Shown: in pieces, positions 9,641 to 17,623 of the stretch
Layout of the letters: each line of letters opens with the position of its first letter
Numbering within the stretch: the first letter of the stretch is position 1
Source: Candidatus Hydrogenedentota bacterium
Lineage (GTDB): Bacteria > Hydrogenedentota > Hydrogenedentia > Hydrogenedentales > SLHB01
Direction: 5' to 3'
Assembly: GCA_029974275.1 (NCBI GenBank)
Contig: JARKSN010000334.1
Span: forward strand, 1-26,257
Length of the DNA: 26,257 bases
Program-made: the position numbers and the translations under genes
The notes under the pieces: model-generated
What the model was told of the DNA's origin: nothing
Seen by the model: only the letters and a program-made list of their open reading frames with translations
Databases searched by the model: none

Positions 9641-9901
9641 GGCACGTGCGCAAACGCATTACTTGGGATCGCGGAGCACAACATCTCATCAAAACCAAAA
9701 GGAGGACGCGGGGGCAAAATACTATGTTCGGAACAGATACGTAGTAAAACATTCTAATGCGCGACCACGCGCAAAGGAATAGAGTCTTCGATACCGCTCT
9801 CGCCTTGCCGGAGCGAAACCCATCCGCGGACAGCGTGTCTCGAAACAATCCGCGACGGGCCGACGAGCGAGCGCCACAACCCAAACGAAAGGACCGATAC
9901 A

Positions 9902-12151
9902 ATGTTAGGTCGATGGAACTACGCATACGGACTCGCGATCGCAAGCATGATCATTGCAGCCATGCTGATGCCGGCTCTGGCATGGGCCAAGCCCACCATC
10001 TCGGCGTCGGGCGACCACATCAACTTTGGCCGGCAACACGTGAACGAAGGGCCGACGGATGCCGCCGCCCTCGTAATCAGCAATATCGGCAACGGCCGCC
10101 TGACCCTCAACCCCGCCGGAATCGTGCCGGGGGGAGTCAGCCCCGACGACATGAAAGGACTCTGGCTGAGCGGACCCAACGCCAGCGACTTCACCATCGT
10201 GAGCAACGGCATCCCCGACTCGGGCATCGCCGCCGGAGAAAGCGCCGAGATCATGCTGGTCTTCGATCCGTCCGCCCGAGGCGTGCGCACCGCCACGCTG
10301 ACGATCTTCAGCAACCCGAATTACAAAGACACCGAAATGACCGTGGCCCTGACAGGCATTGGCTTCATTCCTGCCGCCCTCACGACGAATACCGTGGGCG
10401 AAGGAACCATTAGCGTGAGCAAGGATGCCCCGTACGACGTGGGCGACGAACTGACGCTCACCGCAACCCCAGCCGAAGATTGGGCCTTCGTAGGCTGGTC
10501 CGGCGATCTGACCGGCTCCGAAAACCCCGCCACCCTGACGCTCACCGGCGACGCCTCCGTGACCGCAACGTTCAAATGGACCGGCCCCGAACTCACCATC
10601 GTGAAAATCGGACAAGGCCGCGTCACCCAATCGCCGCCGCCGCCCTACAAAGCCGGCGCCGTGGTGACGCTCACCTTCAGCCCGTCGAACGGCCAACAGT
10701 TCTCCACCAAGCCCGACGTGCCGCCGGCGATGCCCGGCGATCCCGACGCGGGCTGGGTGTTCAGCCACTGGTCCTACACCCCCGACGCGCCACAATTCGC
10801 GGCCGCCTCGCTGGCGAACCCGGTCCAGATTACCGTAAACGCCGACACCACGATCTACGCGACGTTCCTGAACCTCGGCAGCACCTGCCACCCAACCGCT
10901 TCCCAAGAAGCGCAACTCATGTCGTTCCTGCGTAGCGCCTGGATCGGCTGGGACGGCGTATCGCAAGAACAGGCCGACCAAATGTTCGTAAAAGCGGAAA
11001 ACTACCTGAAGGATTTCCGCCAATACAACGAATGGTGGGGCCAAGAAGCGGTCTGCTGGTGGAACAACTTCAACCGCACAAGCGTCGGCGCGATTGACAA
11101 GGTCGGCGACGCCATGTGCTTCATGGGCATGCACATCATGGCCATGTCCATGAAAAGCGCCTGCATGCCCGGCGATCAAGAAACGATCGACGATCTCAAC
11201 CGCGTGCTCGACGCCGTCTACCGCAACATCATGATCACCGGAACCCCAGGACGCACCGCGCGCTTCTCGGGCCCGTCAAACAACGCTGCATACCAATGGT
11301 ACTACGGCAGCTACAGCAACGGAGCCTATGCCGGCGTCGCCCCATGGACGGACTACACCTGGCTGGGCTATCCGTCGCGCGACACGCAGACCGGCCTGTT
11401 CACTGGCTTGGCCGCATGCCTGAAGTACTGCACCGACGAGGCCGTCGTGGCCCGCACCCGCGCCATCGTCGAAATCATTATCGACCGGCTCATCGCCGAC
11501 AACTGGAGCATCCTCGACGGCAAAGGACACACCACCGCCAACAACTCCACGCTGCAAGCGCTGCAATACCGCGTCGCGTACAAGGCCAACCCGACCAAAT
11601 ACGCCAGCTTCCTAAACTCCATCAACTCCCACAACCTGTCGCTTTCGACAAACTACAACCTCTACAACACCAACTACTGGCAAAACAACCTGGACTGGAT
11701 GCGCGGCATCGGCATCACCATGCTCGAAACCAATCCAACCAAAATGACCTCCTTCGGCGTCACCTGGAACAACCGTTACCTGTCACGCCGCTACGACATG
11801 AACGGACTTCTCGCCGCGGCGACATGCCTCTTCGACCCCAAAACCGGAGTCGTGCCGGCAGACGCCTACGCGACGCTGCAAGGAGCCTTGGTCTGCGCGC
11901 CCGATCCCGTCCAGTGGTACCGCGCCGTCAACCTTTCCGTCGACCCGCGATTCACGGTCTACAACGCAACCTACGTGAACCAGGCCGCATTGCCGCATCA
12001 ACGCGCCCACGACGATTGGGATTGGCAGCGCTCGGCGGCCTTGGCCAAGCAAGGAGACAACAGCTTCGCCTACCAGTACCCAGGCTTTGACGTGTACACA
12101 ACGTACTGGATGGCCCGCGTGGCCGGCGTCATTCCGCCGCCAGCCCAATAA
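9902..12151 (+). CDS. Secreted multidomain protein: signal peptide, Ig-like (ASH/choice-of-anchor D-like) domain, two InlB-B/bacterial-repeat-like domains, unassigned ~420-aa C-terminal domain
   Basis: GAAAGGA RBS and a signal peptide ending ALAWA. Ig-like pattern 'INFG...ISNIGNGRLT...LSGPNASDFTI...IAAGES...VFDPSARGVRTATLTIFSN...VALTGIG'. Repeat pattern 'YDVGDELTLTATPAEDWAFVGWSGD...NPATLTLTGDASVTATF' with a second, insertion-bearing copy. The C-terminal domain is W/Y/N-rich. Confidence 0.85.
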   Translation: MLGRWNYAYGLAIASMIIAAMLMPALAWAKPTISASGDHINFGRQHVNEGPTDAAALVISNIGNGRLTLNPAGIVPGGVSPDDMKGLWLSGPNASDFTIVSNGIPDSGIAAGESAEIMLVFDPSARGVRTATLTIFSNPNYKDTEMTVALTGIGFIPAALTTNTVGEGTISVSKDAPYDVGDELTLTATPAEDWAFVGWSGDLTGSENPATLTLTGDASVTATFKWTGPELTIVKIGQGRVTQSPPPPYKAGAVVTLTFSPSNGQQFSTKPDVPPAMPGDPDAGWVFSHWSYTPDAPQFAAASLANPVQITVNADTTIYATFLNLGSTCHPTASQEAQLMSFLRSAWIGWDGVSQEQADQMFVKAENYLKDFRQYNEWWGQEAVCWWNNFNRTSVGAIDKVGDAMCFMGMHIMAMSMKSACMPGDQETIDDLNRVLDAVYRNIMITGTPGRTARFSGPSNNAAYQWYYGSYSNGAYAGVAPWTDYTWLGYPSRDTQTGLFTGLAACLKYCTDEAVVARTRAIVEIIIDRLIADNWSILDGKGHTTANNSTLQALQYRVAYKANPTKYASFLNSINSHNLSLSTNYNLYNTNYWQNNLDWMRGIGITMLETNPTKMTSFGVTWNNRYLSRRYDMNGLLAAATCLFDPKTGVVPADAYATLQGALVCAPDPVQWYRAVNLSVDPRFTVYNATYVNQAALPHQRAHDDWDWQRSAALAKQGDNSFAYQYPGFDVYTTYWMARVAGVIPPPAQ

Positions 12152-12173
12152 CCTCCGCCGTTCATGACAACCT

Positions 12174-12207
12174 CGCGGGACGGCCGGCGCACGCCGGCCG
12201 TCCCGCG
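12174..12207. terminator. Perfect 16-bp inverted repeat between convergent genes (probable bidirectional terminator or stabilising hairpin)
   Basis: CGCGGGACGGCCGGCG-CA-CGCCGGCCGTCCCGCG, between the stop codons at 12151 (+) and 12239 (-). No U tract on either side. Confidence 0.6.
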
Positions 12208-12238
12208 CACTATCCAGACATCCCCCGCGCGCGAGGCG

Positions 12239-12952
12239 TCACCTGCCCAACAGAACGTGCGTCGCCCAAAAACGAGCCAACGCCGCAAACGTGCGAAAAA
12301 GACGGGGAAAATTGAAAAACTGAGACTTGCCATGCGCCCGCTGAAAATGATGCACCGGCGCCTCCACAAAACGCCAGCCCGCCCGCCGAAATTTGTACAT
12401 CATCTCAACGCAAATCATGCCCGTGTCGCTGACCAGATCGATCCGCTCAAGCGCCGCCCGCCGAATCAAACGAAAATCACAATCGGTGTCCCGAACGCCA
12501 AGACCAAACGCGATCTTGACAACATAATGATACAAACGCCCAATCACGATCCGATGAAGCGGATCATGACGCACAATCTTGTACCCCTGCACAATGTCGA
12601 CATCGGGCCCGGCCCTCTCCAACAACGCCTCAAGCTCACGCACATCGTACTGCGCATCGCCGTCCGTATAGAAAATCCACTCCCGCGTGGCCGCCGCAAA
12701 CCCGCTGCGCAACGCGCCCCCATACCCCCGATTGACGGCATGACGAACAATCCGCACCCCCGGAAACCGCGCCCCAATCTCCGCCAAAACCGCCTCGTTT
12801 TGAGGACCCCGGCTCCCATCGTCGACAATCGAGAGATCATAATCCAGCCCCAACCGCTCCGCCGTCCGCACCGCGAGCAACACCATGCTCCCCATCGTGC
12901 CCCAATCGTTGTAATAAGGAAAAAAAATCGAAACAGACGGCCTCTCGCTCAT
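12239..12952 (-). CDS. GT2 glycosyltransferase, DPM1/polyprenol-phosphate glycosyltransferase-like
   Basis: Motifs SIFFPYYND, VDDGS, NRGYGGALRSGF, YTDGDAQYD, DTDCDFRL and 'VEAPVHHFQRAHGKS'. Start is ATG 12952 or GTG 12958. Confidence 0.88.
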   Translation of the reverse strand: MSERPSVSIFFPYYNDWGTMGSMVLLAVRTAERLGLDYDLSIVDDGSRGPQNEAVLAEIGARFPGVRIVRHAVNRGYGGALRSGFAAATREWIFYTDGDAQYDVRELEALLERAGPDVDIVQGYKIVRHDPLHRIVIGRLYHYVVKIAFGLGVRDTDCDFRLIRRAALERIDLVSDTGMICVEMMYKFRRAGWRFVEAPVHHFQRAHGKSQFFNFPRLFRTFAALARFWATHVLLGR

Positions 12953-12994
12953 CGCCACCGGCCCCCTTCAAACATTCCATCGCAAACGCGCGAA

Positions 12995-13984
12995 CTATTT
13001 CAGATACACATCCAAACGCGACTCAAAAAATTGCCGCGTTCGCAAAAGCCCCTCGCCAATCAACGTCCGGGGCTTCCACCCAAGACGCTCCCGGATGCGC
13101 GCATTCGAGATCGACACATCGCCCACGTCGAGCCGAACCCAGTCGCTCGACCATGGAACATGCTCGATCGACCCCCTCCCAAAAACCTCCGCGACCATCC
13201 CCGCAAACTCCACGATCGAATGCTCCGCATCGCCCGCGGCAAACAACACATCGCCCCACGCCGCGGGACACGTCGCCGCCGCCACAAGCGCATCCACGCA
13301 ATCATCCACATACAACACGTTGCGGCGCTGCGCCCCATCGCCAAACACCGTAAGAGGCCGATCCTGCAACGCAAGACCGATAAAATGATTCAACACGCCC
13401 GACTGACTGCTCTTGATGTTCGCGCGCGGCCCAAATACATTCGCCAAACGAACCACGCACGTCTTCAACCCATGAACGCGATGATATACAAGATGATACT
13501 TCTCCGCCGCGCTCTTGTTCGCCGAATATATGTCCAACGGAAACTCGGAATGACCCTCATCTATCGGATTGCGCACCATGCGCCCGCACTGCGTGCTCGT
13601 GCCCACATACACCACAACCGCCTCGGGATTGACCCCGCGAACACACTCAAGAACATTCATGGACCCCCGACAATTCACGTCAATGTCGAAAAACGGATCC
13701 TTCAACGAATACGTATGCGACGTGTGCCCCGCGCAATTAAAAATGAAATCCTGCTCACAAACCGCCGGCCCCACAAAATTGATGTCGCGAATGTCGTTGA
13801 CAATGACGCACATCCCCTCATCGCATCCCGCCACATTGGCCACATTGCCGCCCCCTTGGGACAACAACGAATCAAGAACCGTCACTCGGGCCCCCAGTTC
13901 CCGGCATCGGATCGCAAGATTGCTCCCAATAAACCCGAGCCCGCCGATCACCAAAACCCGTTTGCCAGAAAACTCCGTGTGCAT
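12995..13984 (-). CDS. NAD-dependent nucleotide-sugar epimerase/dehydratase (extended SDR)
   Basis: GGLGFIG nucleotide-binding motif, YSANK (YxxxK), RLANVFGP and [14 protein letters not shown]. Start re-called to ATG 13984 (GAGGGG RBS). Confidence 0.92.
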   Translation of the reverse strand: MHTEFSGKRVLVIGGLGFIGSNLAIRCRELGARVTVLDSLLSQGGGNVANVAGCDEGMCVIVNDIRDINFVGPAVCEQDFIFNCAGHTSHTYSLKDPFFDIDVNCRGSMNVLECVRGVNPEAVVVYVGTSTQCGRMVRNPIDEGHSEFPLDIYSANKSAAEKYHLVYHRVHGLKTCVVRLANVFGPRANIKSSQSGVLNHFIGLALQDRPLTVFGDGAQRRNVLYVDDCVDALVAAATCPAAWGDVLFAAGDAEHSIVEFAGMVAEVFGRGSIEHVPWSSDWVRLDVGDVSISNARIRERLGWKPRTLIGEGLLRTRQFFESRLDVYLK

Positions 13985-14101
13985 GCCCCTCATTCCATGC
14001 GGCCTCGCGTCGCCCCCGCCATTACGCCCCTCCACCAAACAAAAACGACTATCCCCCATTCCCCGCAACGTTTCAAGCCCACAACCCGCCGCGGAATAAA
14101 A

Positions 14102-15031
14102 TCAAGAACGCCGCGCCATATACGCCCGGATATCGGCAACATCCCGGTTGATCTGCTGAACCAACGCCGCGGGCGACGCAAACTTCCTCTCGGGACGAAG
14201 CCGACGATGAAAAACAATCTCGACGCTCTTCCCCACAAGAGACGCGTCATAATCCAACAAAAACGCCTCGACGACCACATCCTCCTGACGAATGGTGGGC
14301 GCAATGCCAATATTCACCGCGGCCACATGCGCCACCCCCTCCACAATCGCCTCCGCCGCATACACGCCGTGAGCCGGAACCGCGGCCACATGCGGCAACA
14401 CATTCGCCGTGGGAAAACCCAGCTTCCTCCCCACGCCGCGCCCCGGCACAACCTCGCCCGCCAAACTATACTTACGCCCCAAAAACGCCTCGGCCCCCTC
14501 CAAATCCCCCTCAAGCAAAAGCTCGCGAATCACCGTGCTGCTCACCCGCTCGCCATCCAACAACAACGCATCGACCTGCTGCGCCGTAAAACCATACGCC
14601 GGACCCAGCGACGCCAACAAATCAAAATCGCCCACCGCCCCCCGGCCAAAACGAAAATCATGACCGACCACCACATGAACCGCCCGACACCGATCCCGAA
14701 CAACACGCGCAACAAACTCGCGAGGATCAAGACCCGCCGTCTCCTCGGTGAACGGCAGAAAAAAAACCGCCTCCACCCCCGCCGCCTCAAACAACGCCAA
14801 CTTTTTCGCGTCCGTCGTCAACAGATTCGGAGCGCGCTCAGGAGCGAAAAAACGCCGGGGATGCGGCCGCATCGTCAACACCGCCGCCGTCCCCTCCCGA
14901 CGCCGCGCCTCCTGAACCACCTCATCCAAAATGCGCCGATGACCCAAGTGAACCCCATCAAAACTGCCAACCGTCAACACAACGCGCGGAAACGCCTCCG
15001 CCCCCTCCCAAACATCCTCTATCACATGCAT
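14102..15031 (-). CDS. ribF: Bifunctional riboflavin kinase/FAD synthetase
   Basis: Motifs GSFDGVHLGH, VGHDFRFG, VSSTVIR, GRKLGFPTAN and LRPERKF; directly follows truB. Confidence 0.96.
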   Translation of the reverse strand: MHVIEDVWEGAEAFPRVVLTVGSFDGVHLGHRRILDEVVQEARRREGTAAVLTMRPHPRRFFAPERAPNLLTTDAKKLALFEAAGVEAVFFLPFTEETAGLDPREFVARVVRDRCRAVHVVVGHDFRFGRGAVGDFDLLASLGPAYGFTAQQVDALLLDGERVSSTVIRELLLEGDLEGAEAFLGRKYSLAGEVVPGRGVGRKLGFPTANVLPHVAAVPAHGVYAAEAIVEGVAHVAAVNIGIAPTIRQEDVVVEAFLLDYDASLVGKSVEIVFHRRLRPERKFASPAALVQQINRDVADIRAYMARRS

Positions 15032-15049
15032 GACAACGCCCCGCCCCTC

Positions 15050-15943
15050 TCAACCCACCAACACCCGCCGAGGCTGCAAACAAAACCCCTGCGGCCCCGC
15101 CGTCACCTCAGCCACGGCAAGAAGCCTGCCCGACTGAGCCTTGACCTGGACCCAGCCGCTCTCCATCGGAAAAAAACCCTCGATGTCCGCAGGATGCAAC
15201 GCCCCGCCACACCCAACCAACCGCTCACAATGCGCAAAAACGCGCACCTCAGGCAACGTCAACGCCATTTCCGGAGGCAACAACCGATCAACCACGTCCT
15301 CCGCCCCCACAAACCGATCCAACGGCAACGCCGAAGCGATCCCATGAGGACCCACCGCCGTGCGCCGCAACGCCGCAAGCGCCGCCCCACACCCCAAAGC
15401 CATCCCCACATCATGACAAAGCGACCGGGCATACGTGCCCCGCGTGCAACGAACGCGAAAAACGGCATCCGGCGCCGCATAATCCAACACCGAAAACTCC
15501 CGAACCGTCACCGAACGCGCCGCCCGCTCAACCGTCTCGCCCTTGCGCGCCAGCTTGTACAAACGCTCGCCGCCCACCTTTACCGCGCTCACCATGGGAG
15601 GCGTCTGCTGAATCGTGCCCACAAAACGGTTGCACTCCGCCTGTATCCGATCACGCGTCAACCCCTCGGGAACCGACCGCCGCTCCACGACAGAACCATC
15701 AAGATCATACGAATCGGTGACGACCCCCAACCGCATCGTGCCCTCATACACCTTATCCATGCCGATCAAAAAATCCGAAAGGCGCGTAGCCTGACCCAAA
15801 CACAAAATCAACAACCCCGTCGCCGCAGGATCAAGCGTTCCCGTATGCCCCACGCGACGCGTGCCCGCGACGCGGCGAATCCGGTCCACAACATCATGCG
15901 ACGTAATGCCGCACGGCTTGTCAATCAACAAAATCCCGTCCAC
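15050..15943 (-). CDS. truB: tRNA pseudouridine(55) synthase
   Basis: Motifs DKPCGITSHD, GHTGTLDPAATGLL, QTPPMVSAVKVGGERLYKLARKG and CTRGTYARSL; GTG start with strong RBS. Confidence 0.96.
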   Translation of the reverse strand: MDGILLIDKPCGITSHDVVDRIRRVAGTRRVGHTGTLDPAATGLLILCLGQATRLSDFLIGMDKVYEGTMRLGVVTDSYDLDGSVVERRSVPEGLTRDRIQAECNRFVGTIQQTPPMVSAVKVGGERLYKLARKGETVERAARSVTVREFSVLDYAAPDAVFRVRCTRGTYARSLCHDVGMALGCGAALAALRRTAVGPHGIASALPLDRFVGAEDVVDRLLPPEMALTLPEVRVFAHCERLVGCGGALHPADIEGFFPMESGWVQVKAQSGRLLAVAEVTAGPQGFCLQPRRVLVG

Positions 15944-15998
15944 CCTCTCTCCTTACACGGCCCATGCGCCGCATTGATGCGCCCCAAAAACCCGGCCC

Positions 15999-17411
15999 TC
16001 ACCTCACCCGTTCAGGAGCCGCCGGCCACGCCCCATCCACGATATGCGGCAACCGCCACACCTTCCTTCCAGACCGATCACAAAAATAAAGCCGCGACTC
16101 GGAAGGGCGCCGCCCATGACCATCGGCCCAAAAAGCGTAAAAATCGGGATGGGCATTCAGCGGAACACGCGCATACGCATGATTGAAAAGACTGTTCCGC
16201 GTGAGCTGGCGCCGAAGCGACCACGTACCCCCGCGATCCCTGCTGATCCAAAGAGCCATTTCCCCCCCAGGGTTATACGCCTGCGGCCCCGGAACCGTCG
16301 GCGCCACAATCCGCCACGCGCCATCTGCCTCGATATACAAACTGCCCATGTCATAATTGCTGTCCACCCGGCACACCTCGCGAAACCGCCAAACCGCCCC
16401 ATCCCAATACGCCACGCGCAACCAACGATCCGCAGGACCCGAAACCCACGTCGTCGACGTGACATGCAAAATGGCCGGATTTCCCTGAGCGTCATACGCG
16501 ACATTCAACAAATAACAAAGAAGCCCCTCCGCCTCATAATCGCGCACCAACGCCGGATTGTCCACCGTTCGCAACGGCAACTCCAACGCCTCCCCCTGAA
16601 CATTCCGCCACGACTCCCCCATGTCCCGCGTCTCGCAGTAATACACATTCGTGCGATAATCAAGACCCTTCTTCGAAGACTCCCCCCGAAACCCATCCGG
16701 ATGATAATTGAACGCCATCCCCGCCTTGCCGGCCCCGAAAAAAGGCCAACTCACGGCATAATGACCAAACGCAACGCGCGCGATCCGCTGCGGAACCGAC
16801 CAAACACGCCCATCCGGACTCGATTGCCCAAACAACGACCGCCCCCCCTCCTCGTAGCGCGTATGCAACAAAAGAAACCCCCTGCCCGGAAAATGCCACG
16901 GCTGCGGATAGCTGTAATTCGTCGCCTCAACCAGATCAAACGCCTCGATGTCATACGGCTTCCGGCTTCGCAGAATATACGCAGGCCGCTCCGTGCCATG
17001 CGCACTGACAAAGACCCACAAATACCCCCCATCGCCAAGCGCCAACACCGGATTATCGTGAGCGTCATCCGTCCCCTTGTCCACCAAAATCGTGGGCTGA
17101 AACGCCTTTCCGGAAGCATGATCATAACACCCAACACACGCCAACAACGCGCGCTCGCCCGGCCTCGTGCCGCCATACACAAAAAACGTCTTGTTCGCCT
17201 CCGGCGCATACACCGCATGCGGATTATGACTGGAACAATACGTCCCCAGCCCCCCGCTGTACTTATACACATACTCGTTATCAAGACGACCAACGGAATA
17301 CCATATCCCCCGATACCCCGTATCCTTCACATTCAACACGACCTCGACATCGCCCGCCGCCGCCGCCGACACGACAGCCAGCCCCAACGGAAAAATCGCC
17401 GGCAGCCTCAT
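15999..17411 (-). CDS. Secreted BNR/Asp-box beta-propeller protein (probably carbohydrate-active)
   Basis: Start re-called to ATG 17411 (GGGAGG RBS). Signal peptide MRLPAIFPLGLAVVSAAAAG; Asp-box motifs SSPDGRVW, TRDMGESW and SRDRGGTW; 'DDAHDNP', 'SAHG' and 'YSYPQ' motifs. Confidence 0.78.
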   Translation of the reverse strand: MRLPAIFPLGLAVVSAAAAGDVEVVLNVKDTGYRGIWYSVGRLDNEYVYKYSGGLGTYCSSHNPHAVYAPEANKTFFVYGGTRPGERALLACVGCYDHASGKAFQPTILVDKGTDDAHDNPVLALGDGGYLWVFVSAHGTERPAYILRSRKPYDIEAFDLVEATNYSYPQPWHFPGRGFLLLHTRYEEGGRSLFGQSSPDGRVWSVPQRIARVAFGHYAVSWPFFGAGKAGMAFNYHPDGFRGESSKKGLDYRTNVYYCETRDMGESWRNVQGEALELPLRTVDNPALVRDYEAEGLLCYLLNVAYDAQGNPAILHVTSTTWVSGPADRWLRVAYWDGAVWRFREVCRVDSNYDMGSLYIEADGAWRIVAPTVPGPQAYNPGGEMALWISRDRGGTWSLRRQLTRNSLFNHAYARVPLNAHPDFYAFWADGHGRRPSESRLYFCDRSGRKVWRLPHIVDGAWPAAPERVR

Positions 17412-17434
17412 CGCGCACCTCCCTCGCCGTTTCA

Positions 17435-17599
17435 CCCAAAAACAACCGCAAAACGCCATGGTACGACAAAATCAAACACCGGCACAAAGAACCCCAAAGG
17501 TTTTATGTCCCACCGGCAATGGCATACAATGCCGTCCTAAATGGTTTCGCCCTTTGTACAAACACCGGACCCCCAAAGTCCGCCCAAAAACAACCGCAA
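17435..17599 (+). repeat. 17-bp exact direct repeat CCCAAAAACAACCGCAA (17435-17451 and 17583-17599) in divergent intergenic region
   Basis: Read directly from the sequence. A second pair, CAAACACCGG (17473-17482 and 17559-17568), lies between the two copies. Confidence 0.7.
17502..17530 (+). promoter_or_regulatory. Possible sigma70 promoter of aceE
   Basis: TTTATG (17502-17507), 17 nt, TACAAT (17525-17530). The -10 sits inside the palindrome GGCAT-ACA-ATGCC; the -35 is weak. Confidence 0.4.
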
Positions 17600-17623
17600 C
17601 GAAAGCGAGCGCGCCAGGTGAAC

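Noticed and set aside
9724..9744. Mini-ORF MFGTDT in the long leader as a leader peptide
   Set aside because: The nearest GGAGG is ~18 nt upstream, and there is no run of regulatory codons.
12164..16186. 1340-aa plus-strand ORF, and similar long plus-strand ORFs (3357-5168, 2105-3556, 22025-24283, 16044-17540)
   Set aside because: These are antisense shadows of well-supported minus-strand genes. The R/P/H/Q-rich translations have no motifs, and the T-poor plus strand simply contains few stop codons.
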